Source: Phoronis australis (Eukaryota; Animalia; Phoronida). Taken from it: 64,000 bases of DNA. Each line of letters opens with the position of its first letter. Within the stretch, counting starts at the first letter, position 1. The stretch covers positions 62,001 to 126,000 of the forward strand of contig NMRA01000326.1 of assembly GCA_002633005.1 (NCBI GenBank), in the 5' to 3' direction. A program made the translations under genes and the position numbers. Under the pieces are notes generated by a model that had not been told where the DNA came from, did not search any database, and worked only from the letters and a program-made list of their open reading frames with translations. Shown here one piece after another: positions 38,001-50,000 of this stretch.

Positions 38001-41000
38001 ACACAGACACATTACTGGGCATATGGAGAGCCTAGTATGTCCCGAGAGTGGTACTGATGTTGAAACTCCTAAACACCTGCCCAGGTTTTTATAGGCTAAG
38101 AAGCAACCTACTGGATTGCAGTTATATGCCTGCAACATATAGTGCATGGCAATAAATGGAAAAGTCTGTCCATTTTCTTAAAGGAGACAGGCAGACTTGA
38201 AAACTTCCTTCACGAAGAACCATAACGAAGTTCTTTTGTTTTCAGCTCAGGTGTTTGGTGCAATGGGCCCAACCATGAGGCCTGCACACCTCTGATGCAC
38301 CACAAATGACATCAGGCCACCTGCACTGTTTTTTTAAGTACGAGACAATATTACCTCTGACGCAACACTCATGCATCTAGACCAGCCGGCCACGCGCTAA
38401 CAGTTTAACCACATCATTCTGTAATGTTGACATTTCGTAATGTACAAGCACACTAGCCTCTTTAAGGCCTCAACTGGCTGCAGAAAAAAAAGTTGCATTT
38501 CTAAAGTGAAACTTCTTGATAGGTAAGTGACCACAGAGTGTACACAGACTGCATGAGATGTGAAATAAAAGGAATACAGGTCAATCAAAAGTAACTCACC
38601 GTTAAATAGAGATTCTCCAAATACAAGGAAATACAGAACATTATTTACATGAACCTCTTGAAAGATGGCCAACACCTGAAAATAAAATAACAGACAAATA
38701 CAGAAATATAGTTAGTAAGAAATGACAGTAAAGCACTGTGTGAACATACAAGACGTAGTGTACACAGTTGTTGAGAATCCTTGAGCAGGACAAGGCACAG
38801 TTTAACCAGTATACCAGACACATGGTTATAAACTTGTCTAACTCTGAAGGCACACATCATACTTGCTACTGATTGAACAAATCACTTAACATTACACAGA
38901 CACCAAAGGGTCAACCAACTTCATTTTAATGTCCTAGTTGCATGCTATTTTATCAATTAGAACACTAAACATGTTATAAAGAAGTCATTGGTAAAGCACA
39001 CTGACCTTAAAGAAGTCCACACATGAGAAATTCATAAATATCTGCACTCATCGCAATCTGGGCTTGGGGGTTTAATCTTTTTTACATTCTACTTGAATTC
39101 TAACATAAAATAATTGTCTATAGTTCTGTGGTGATTTACACAATTGATTGTGTATTCCTGTTTTGCACTTGTTGACCCCAGGATTAAAGTTACAAGTTAG
39201 AGTCTCAAATCGGAATTTCAAGTTCTTACATGAAACTTCAAGATTCTACTCGAATTTGTAGCTCGAATTTTGGGGTCAGCCTAGGACTATACTCAGTTTC
39301 TTGAACCAAAATTAGCTGGTCAGCTCAGACTAATGAACTACTATCTGAGTTTGAATTTNGGTGGATGGCAATACACAAGTATGGTGGATGGCAATACACA
39401 AGTATGGTGGATGGCAATACACAAGTATGGCGGGTGGCAATACACAAGTATGATGGATGTACATACCTGATCTCCGCTAATCACAGACATTTTGTTGAAA
39501 CTGATCATCATGTTATAAAGCACAACAGTAACAGCATCTGAAAGAAGGACACTATTTTAAGTTAAATGCATTGTGACATTTCAGTTAACAGTCAGAGTCT
39601 ACATAGCACACTGTGCTGGGAAACTACTTCACCAGACCCCACACCATGGAGTTAGATCTAACTTTAAACCATGGAAGTCGCCAGGACTAGACATGATATA
39701 TCCTGTAATGGTGCAGGAGGCTGGGATACCATTATTCCATGTACTTAAGCAACCAACAAAGCCAGTCTTAGACTAGTTGGACTGAAGCTAGAGTAGTCTT
39801 CATTCCTAAACCAGAGAAGAACTCGTACCATTTAGCTGAATCATTTAGGCCTATAACCTTAACTTCCTTCTCAAAGAACTGGCATGAACAAGGTAAACAG
39901 AACAAACTTCGGAACCAGTATGCTTATAGACCAGGTTTCTCTACGGAGACCTCTCTACGGAGACCTCTCTATGGACACCTCTCTACGGAGACCTCTCTAC
40001 GGAGACCTCTCTACAGAGACCTCTCTACAGAGACCTCTCTACGGAGACCTCTCTACGGACACCTCTCTACGGAGACCTCTCTACGGACACCTCTCTACGG
40101 AGACCTCTCTACGGAGACCTCTCTACAGAGACCTCTCTACGGAGACCTCTCTACGGACACCTCTCTACGGAGACCACTCATCTGGGTGATAGACGGGAAA
40201 GGGTGGCTTTTAATAAACAATTTGCCCTCTGCGCCTTCACTGACCTTGTTGGACCTTTCAGCAATATTAAGCATGATGTGATCTGAGTAGCACTAAACCA
40301 TTTTAAAGTGCATAGGTGTCTTACCGGGTGGATCATTAACATGCTCGGAAGTCAATCTGTGACTGCTTGTCAACATGGTTATGGATGGTCTACTTCAATA
40401 ATTAGCGGCTGACATGGGTCCTAACTTGTATGTTCTAGCCTATGAAAATGATATTGTTCTCAGAGTGTCTAGTATCGATCCTGACTCGTCGTTAGTGAGC
40501 TCAAAGAGCACTGAATACAGCAGCCACAAGGACTTAGTCAGCTGATTTAGAAATTGTGGTAGCAAAACGAAGGTGAATAATATGTTCACCTGGGAGCTTA
40601 AATGGCCATTGCAGCCTTTAATGCCGAATGGTAAACATCTTGATCTTGCGGACAATACCTAGGTGTCATTTTACACCATCGTCTTTCCTGGACCCCGTAT
40701 ATTACAGAAAAAATCTCAAAAGCAAAAACTGCACTAGTGAGATGCAGTCGTGCGGTGGGTAAAATTTGGGGAATATTTCCCAAGAATATTTTCTGGATTT
40801 ACACTGCTGTTATCCGACCTATAATGTCCTATGCTGCGTCAGTATTGGTAACGAAGTTAAAACAGATTGCAATTATCAACAAACTTAATCAGCTGCAACG
40901 TCTAACTTGAATGTTTTTCCAGGAATGCCTTCTGCAACCCTAGAAAGGCTAATCGGTCTACCACCACTCCAGCACTGCATCTCAGATATAATGGTCAGTG

Positions 41001-44000
41001 GCAGAAAACTCACATCCTAATTCAGCAGCACACAGAAGCCACAGGAATGTGTGCAATAAGCTAATGGCCAAATCTGGGCAACTATGGAACATGCCTAGTG
41101 ATGTCCAGATCACAGATTTTTCATAAAAACAATTTCTTTACAGAGACTTCTGATGGATGGCCTACCCCAGAACACAAGAATGAGGTGATTTGTTATACAG
41201 ATGGCTCTAAACTCAGGAAAATGGCCACGCAGGTGCTGGAATCTTTTTTCCAAGCCTTCCTGTGGCAGACGCAGAAAGCTGCGTATTGCTAGGCAATCTT
41301 GCCACGGTGTTCCAGGCCGAGATCACTGCAATTAAGAGTTGCTCAACTGGCACGGCAGTACAATACGAAGCTGGGCAACCAACCAATTACCATCTTTTCA
41401 GATAGCCAAGCAGCAATAAAAGACCTAAAGAAACCAAGGGTCCACTCTTGTTGCATTAATGCTTGCATCAGAGGTTAACAAGCTTGCAATTGGAAGAACC
41501 GTCAGGGCCCATGTGGGAATTGACGGCAATGAGAATGCAGACAGCCTCACAACCCAGCGTTCTGCAATGTATACCCCAACCTGCTATCCAGGTATCCTAT
41601 GGATGCTGCAGGATGAGTACACACAACTGAGTACATACAAAGTCAGCAGCCCAGTGGGCATCACTTAAAGTAGAATACCACCTGATTTAATTAGTCCTTT
41701 TTGCCATCTTAATCGGTCTATATCCACATTGCCTCGCATACGGTCGACCTTACCTTGCCAAGAGGTGTCGCGTTAACCTGTGAGGAAGGTGAGAAACGAC
41801 TATAGCGACGCCAGTGGTTCATATGCAGAGTGAATGCCGCTATGTTGCGGTGCATCGTTCCCGCTTGTCCGAATTAAGCAGCTGCGAGGAAAGCGGGTAT
41901 ATCGTTTTTTTTACTTCCTCGAGTCCGAAATGTTTAGGAAGTGGCTCCTGGTAGTGAAGAATGTAATGTACGCTGTAAATAGCAAGTATGAGGCCGTGAA
42001 ACATCTCCCGTGTCTGTGGCCTGCAGACGTCGACAGTGCCTGACGAATGCCGACTTACCAAATAACTCCATATGTTCCGTTGTCTGAGCTTGTTCACGGC
42101 GCCTCTCTAGTATTTCTTGATCAGTGTATTCCGGTTCGAATTGATAGCCTGTAAAACTTAACGATCTACCTGCGAAGTCGGGACTGATGATCTCTAGTTC
42201 GTCCTATGTCGGGATTGCGAGTTGCCCTGTTGGCGTTTATTACCGAACGTTCTGTTTCAAAATGAATTATTCTCACCCTAACCAATACTTATACCAAACT
42301 GAAACAAAGTTTGTCTCATTAGATACAATTTGCGATGCCTTTGGAGTGTTCATGAGTGCAAGTGATTTGAGAAGCCAGCAATGAATAAATCACTGCGTTA
42401 CCGGCTTTAGGTGCAATAAAACTAATTGACAAGACACCGAGGCCATGTGAGCTCATGCTAATTTAGTGTTTGCTGGCAGAAACTGTTGTGAAACAACTCG
42501 ATTTCCATCCCACGGCCAGGTGTAAGGGGAATCTTTATTTACATTTACATTACTCAAATAATGATTGTCAATGTACAGCTTCTGCCCTGACGGTGCTGTG
42601 GCCAAAGCGGAACCTGAATTCGTGGCCCCCGGCGAGTAAGTAAGTTTGCAGTTTCGTGGCTAATTCACCAACATAATCAGGTGCACATTACTTTGGCTCA
42701 CTAGTATAGTATTTTCTTGACTGGAACTTAAGTTTCCACTGAACTTTGGCTGGTTTATGTTCATGATGTCTGATCAGTTTCTGAGCCACTGGCCGGGATA
42801 ACGAGTCAATCCGGCCAGCCGCGATGGGCCTGATCGGCCTCCGAGCCACTGACCAGGATAACAAGCGTTTTGTGTTTAGAACTCAGAAGATCACAAGTCT
42901 AAACAACACAGATCTAGGTTCTCCTGTCTGTATCTCACGGAAAATACTTCGAAATTATCTCCGAACAGACCCCAAACTTCTGCTACAGAAGTTATTGGCC
43001 TGCCGAACTTTGTAGCTAGGCTACGGTGTCCAAATACCAATAAATCCGTAAGAGCGAAATAAAACAACACGTTTTTATAAGAACTCGGTGTATTTTTAAG
43101 GGTTTTACATCGAAGTTTAATGATTTATTGGTGTTAAACGATGACTTCAAGGGATAAGCAGACAGCAGTAACCCGTGCTGTGAGTTGCTGAACAGACTGC
43201 GTGTGAAACCGATGACGTCATTGGATAATTTCAACACCTCCGTCTGCTGTCAGGTGTCAGGTAACGCAACCGTACGTGTCGTTATGGAGTAGAACTACTC
43301 GATCTAAATTGATACAAATTAGGTTGTTTTTGGGGTGGCATGCTCCTTTAACTCCTGCAGAGACACCAATGAGAATTTTCTCAACATGATCAAACCTTCC
43401 GAGTCCTGATAGATTGGGCATAAGACATGTCATTCAAATTTTGTCAGGGCACTGTAACCTACCCCAACACAGACACATTACTGGGCATTTGGAGAGCCTA
43501 GTGTGTCCCAAGAGTGGTACTGACATTGAAACTCCTAAACACCTGCCCAGCTTTTTATAGGCTAAGAAGCAACCTACTGGATTGCACTGTTAGATGCCTA
43601 CAACATATAGCGCATGGCAACAAATGGAAATGTCTGTCCATTTTCTTAAAGGAGACAACCAGACTTGAAAACTTCCTTCACGAAGAACCATAACGAAGTT
43701 CATTTGCTTTCAGCTCAGTTGTTTGGTGCAATGGACCCAACCATGAGGCCTGCATATCTCTGATGCACCACAAATGACATCAGGCCACCTGCACTGTTTT
43801 TTAAGTACGAGACAATATTACCTCTGACACAACACTCATGCATCTAGACCAGCCGGCCACGCGCTAACAGTTTAACCACATCATTCTGTAATGTTGACAT
43901 TTCGTAATGTACAAGCACACTAGCCTCTTAAGGCCTCAACTGGCTGCAGGAAAAAAAGTTGCATTTCTAAAGTGAAACTTCTTGATAGGTAAGTGACCAC

Positions 44001-47000
44001 AGAGTGTACACAGACTGCATGAGATGTGAAATAAAAGGAATACAGGTCAATCAAAAGTAACTCACCGTTAAATAGAGATTCTCCAAATACAAGGAAATAC
44101 AGAACATTATTTACATGAACCTCTTGAAAGATGGCCAACACCTGAAAATAAAATAACAGACAAATACAGAAATATAGTTAGTAAGAAATGACAGTAAAGC
44201 ACTGTGTGAACATACAAGACGTAGTGTACACAGTTGTTGAGAATCCTTGAGCAGGACAAGGCACAGTTTAACCAGTATACCAGACACATGGTTATAAACT
44301 TGTCTAACTCTGAAGGCACACATCATACTTGCTACTGATTGAACAAATCACTTAACATTACACAGACACCAAAGGGTCAACCAACTTCATTTTAATGTCC
44401 TAGTTGCATGCTATTTTATCAATTAGAACACTAAACATGTTATAAAGAAGTCATTGGTAAAGCACACTGACCTTAAAGAAGTCCACACATGAGAAATTCA
44501 TAAATATCTGCACTCATCGCAATCTGGGCTTGGGGGTTTAATCTTTTTTACATTCTACTTGAATTCTAACATAAAATAATTGTCTATAGTTCTGTGGTGA
44601 TTTACACAATTGATTGTGTATTCCTGTTTTGCACTTGTTGACCCCAGGATTAAAGTTACAAGTTAGAGTCTCAAATCGGAATTTCAAGTTCTTACATGAA
44701 ACTTCAAGATTCTACTCGAATTTGTAGCTCGAATTTTGGGGTCAGCCTAGGACTATACTCAGTTTCTTGAACCAAAATTAGCTGGTCAGCTCAGACTAAT
44801 GAACTACTATCTGAGTTTGAATTTAGAAGAACGGAAAATGGCAAAGGTATTTTTTAATTCGATTTTGAGTAAAAAGATAACACCCTGGCCCCTGGAGCCG
44901 AGTATCAAACCGGCAAAGCTCAAAGTACATTTCTTTAACAAATGACTATAAAACTTCCACCTGGTGGTGACAAAATAAAAACAAAATAATGTATTCAACT
45001 AATTTACAAATACTGCACTACTACGAAGTGCTGTTTTGACCATATAAGCAAGCAATGTTTAAATAAAAACTCTGGTCTAGAGTCCGCGGTCTTACACAGT
45101 GACCTTGACCTACTTACAGCCACAGGGTCAACAGCTACTACAAGCGCACTGAACACAAGACACTGTAGGATAGTGAGGCTCATTACTGTACCCCCACCCA
45201 TGGCACCACCAGTGGCCAGTGCGTATATCAATGGACCTACAAACGAATGGTAGATATCAACACAATATATGGCAACACCAGAGAGGAGGATGTTGTAGAT
45301 GTGAAGGAGAACATTACACAATATTAGCAGCACATTCACTTCCACCCAATCACAGTAAGCAGCACATTCACTTCCACCCAATCACAGTAAGCAGCACATT
45401 CACCCAATCAAAGAGAGCAGCATATTCACACAATCACAGATAGCAGCACATTCACCCAATTGCTTGGGAGTAGACACGGTCTTGCAAGGTCATGTGGAAC
45501 TTGGTACAGGATAGCGAGTGCTTTCACTTCAGACTTTACTGAGTACATATTTAAGCTCACTTTTACCCCACTTGTGATATAGTAGAAATAATTTTCACAA
45601 ACTACTCTAGAGTATCAAATTCAATCATAATATTTGAATCCTTACATTAAATTTCACAAAATACTGAATGACTTTTTATGAAATAGTATGTTACATTCAA
45701 CCATCTGTTTGCGAGAGAAAAGAACTGAAGATTAATAAGAACAATTTGTGCTCATACTAAAACACCCATGCTACGCAAAAAACAGAAAAAAATCTGGATG
45801 AATGAATAAAGTTTGTAATCAAATTAAAACTCCACTTACCAATAACAAAACAGTTGATGACAGTTCCCTGAAAAAGAGTAAACATCAATAAATAGCATAT
45901 TAAACTGTACACAACTAACACAACATAAAGAGATAGAAAGTAACAGCTTCAGTTAGAACGTACCTCATTCCTAATGTGTCAGAATATAGTCTGACAGTAT
46001 TATTAGTTGTATTGTTTTGTTTTGTTAATCAGCTTGATTGGCATGACCCCTGAGTTAAGTACAATGATGATGTAATTTGTTTACTACAGAATAGTATGGA
46101 ACTTTCTAGAAGACTCTACCGTGACAGTGATTGATGTAGTCTGGAATATTCTAGAGACTAGTATATGTTTGTAGAATGATTGGGTAGATTCAGGAAAGTT
46201 CTAGAATGTGCTCGAATTGATGTAAAGTTCCAGAACAATGCATTAGGCTATAAATACACAAGCACGGGTTTGTGTTAGTAAGATCAAGTCGGGAGATCAA
46301 GTGAGATCAAGTAAGTTCAAGAAAGTTAATCAGGAGAACTACAGTTGAGTTGCAGTGAAGAGAATCAGCAGTTACAGCGATAGTCAATAGAGAGCCAGCT
46401 GTAGAGACAGCAGGTTATTGAATAGACGAGTGTAACAGTTGCTGAACGTGTCTCAGAAGTTCATCTCAAGTCAAGGCTTCGCAGCACTGGCTGGAGCATA
46501 GAACAGACATTATGTCGGACGTTTTGTTTGAGTAGGCTTGTGAATGCATGGTCAGGATTAATAAAGGATTAACTCGAACCAGTCTTCAGTCAATCGTCGC
46601 ACCGAAAGCTATTGGCACCGGTCTGTAACAACCTGCGCCCACCCACACACGGGCAAAAACGTGACATAATGAAAGTGACAATGTCATTGACGTCACCATT
46701 GAATACTTCTGGCTTTGCAAGTGGACACTGTTGTCATGTATTGTCAGCAATAACTTAATAACTAGTTATCGCAATATATAATACTTCTCTATCCCTAAAT
46801 AACACATTAGCATAAACTACTGGCATCTAACAAACATTAGCCTTCAGGTGTTACCGTATGACTGGGAGATAAGCACGAAATTAAGTGGTCGTACATGAAG
46901 GAATTTCATTTCTGCAACTTTGGACGATTTAGAAAGTGGCAAGAATCACAGATAGCTGAGATTGCACACATACGTAGATGTACTAGTAAGACTGCCTTGC

Positions 47001-50000
47001 ATAGTAGCAGTTCAATGTCTATTCACGCACTCAAGTTTTATACAACATTTTAAAATATGGTATTAAAATCAACAAAAATTCACAAGTTTGGTTATATAAG
47101 TCTCGCGATTTTCGGACGGCCTGCCATTTTGGGACAAGAATAAATATTTCCGAAATGAGTTTTTCATAATCCACGAAATTTGTACAAGGTCCAAAAACTG
47201 TTTTTCAATGATCCTCGAATTTCGGACAATGTCATAAACATCGGATTTCTGTCCCGCGACTTTCGGACAAGGAAATTTTTGAAACGCTAATTTCGGATCG
47301 ACGCACCTCTCGTGTCATTACAGTGTTCAATGGATGATTACTGCTCTATAAGGCTTGAATCCGAGAATCGGTATAACGGACTCTGTAATTTTTACCTTGT
47401 TTTGACGATGTCACGACCGTTACTCAATTGTCTTGCATTTAGCTTGTGTTAAGCGCTTTATCTATAAAAAGAATCACCGAGTCCTGTATGACGGAAACTT
47501 CTGATGAAAATACAAATGGGAAATACACCTGGTCCAAAGGCTGCAACTTTTCGTTGTAGCGTAACATGTGCTCTGGTTTAATTAGACCGTGTTATTCGAC
47601 CTCCGACTGAGACATTGAGCTTGCACACCTGACATCAACTTGGGTGCTTACGAAACTTTTTATTTTTAAAATGTCATGGCCTTTGCAAATGCCCTTGTCA
47701 ATGGCTAAAATCTCCTGTCGACGTGTCTGGATTTTATCCTTAACGCGATGAAAAATATTTTTTGTTAAGGCTCCCATACACAATACAGCCAAGTCTGTCT
47801 GTCGGATATCGCGCGTTCGAACTAGTGTAGATAGTGAACAGCAGTAGCCGAATGAGACGGAGCCAAAGTAAAGCTGGTTACAAAGCAAATATAATTAAAT
47901 CGCACACTGCATGAGCCCCACCGAGGCTGCATCATGCACGGGAGATTTTATGCTTCTTCCTCTTCAGTCGATTAACTATTGTCAGACTATAAGTTTTGAC
48001 ATCGGAACCCTGTGGCACTCTATGTCTGCGGTGACTAAGAAAATCATCCACCAATTTCGAAAAATGACAAGTCAGTTGAATCAGATTTGGTAGTCGTTGC
48101 TTCTTGTGGTCCTAGGGGTAAGCTAACAAGAATACAGGACCTGGAGTCCGATGCAACGGGCCTGGAACCTTGTAGGTGTTTACGACCCTTAGTTCCATAT
48201 CTACTTTCCACAGGACCTACTCTTCTCGTCCATGTCACCGCCTTCAGTTGAGACAAAAAAAGAAATGTGATCTTAAACTACAGAATGAGTGTTTTGTATT
48301 ACCTAAGGTAGTTATAGGAGCATTTCAGCTGTAAGTGTGTTTAATTCGTAAGAGATGACCTTTACATTACTAATTATTATTGTTCTACTTTTACCCGAGG
48401 TGATGCGTTACCTGCAGCAAGGGTAAATAATTTTGGGAAGTATTACCAGCGACTTCCGTATATAAGGTCGGTAAAACCAAAAGGCATGTAAAAATACACC
48501 AGGGCCTATACTCGGCAATGCTGAATACACGAACACAGTATAAATATTGTAGCTCGCCCTAAATACATCCTAGTGAGAATAGCATTATTTTTAGATTTCA
48601 AACATGCTTTTTTATTCTCAGATATGCATCCCAGGTATATTTTGGGAAAAAAATTAAGATACGCAAACTGGGCATATATTCTGCTGGACTTATATTCGGA
48701 AATCTACGGTGGATCTTCTTAAACCTGTAAACCGTGAAATTTCATTGAGACAGTTTTGTTCTGCTAACATGTTCAATTAACATTCCGTTCATGTAAGTCA
48801 GTCAGTATGTTCAAGTTTAAGGCATTATTGCAACAGGTAAGTGTTGTTTCGATTTTTGTCTGGTGTTTCCATATTTTATTTTGTTATGTATTCCCCTATG
48901 TGGCCCATGAGGAGAATTTCTGGCTTACACTGGTGACCACTCCAATTCCTTAAGCCCCAGACAACTTTTATGATCCCTATTCAGCACACCCTTTGTATTG
49001 ATGAAGATCTGAGCTAATGAAGTGGAAAGGTAATAGCTAACATTACTGTCTCAACAATGGTTGTTGTTAATACCCCCACTTTGGTTTCCTCTAACATTTC
49101 CAAGTTATAACCTGCAACTCTGGAGAGTAATTTAAACTTGGTACATTATAAATATTACGAAATGACTAAAAAGGTTAACTGGTGTTTATCTTCACAAAGG
49201 GCCACTTCCCAAAGGAACGATAAGTTTCATATTGGTTTTCTTTATTTAATTTTTAATGCTTCAGCCCACTTGTTTTTTTCTTACCGCAAACGTGTTGATA
49301 ACTTTTGAACTTGAAGAACCAAAACAGTGGTAGTCCGATTTTGATCGCCAGCTAAACTTAATTGGTTAAGTTCATTGTGAACCCATCCCTAAACTTACCA
49401 CATTACAGGTATACTAAACAATTCACGTGTCATTAAAGTTTAATCTTTATTAGAATTCAAATCATAAAATATATACAAAGGTGCGAATATGGTGATAAAC
49501 AAACTGAAGAATTGGAATCTCTGGACANAAATGACTAAAAAGGTTAACTGGTGTTTATCTTCACAAAGGGCCACTTCCCAAAGGAACGATAAGTTTCATA
49601 TTGGTTTTCTTTATTTAATGTTTAATGCTTCAGCCCACTTGTTTTTTTCTTACCGCAAACGTGTTGATAACTTTTGAACTTGAAGAACCAAAACAGTGGT
49701 AGTCCGATTTTGATCGCCAGCTAAACTTAATTGGTTAAGTTCATTGTGAACCCATCCCTAAACTTACCACATTACAGGTATACTAAACATTTCACGTGTC
49801 ATTAAAGTTTAATCTTTATTAGAATTCAAATCATAAAATATATACAAAAGTGCGAATATGGTGATAAACAAACTGAAGAATTGGAATCTCTGGACAATTT
49901 CTGTGGCACTGACTATATAACTATTCTAGCAAGTTTGTCAGTAATAAAAAATGAAAAGTGGGCATAACAACTGTTTCCTGGTAAAAAATCTGGTTACACG

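Larger units (their letters stand above)
39360..44824. repeat. Second copy of about 35650-39358, joined by a single N at 39359 (probable uncollapsed haplotype)
   Basis: Collinear: minisatellite, exon, LINE, exon, intron. Differs by substitutions, indels, VNTR length and a 1.68-kb insertion. Confidence 0.9.
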
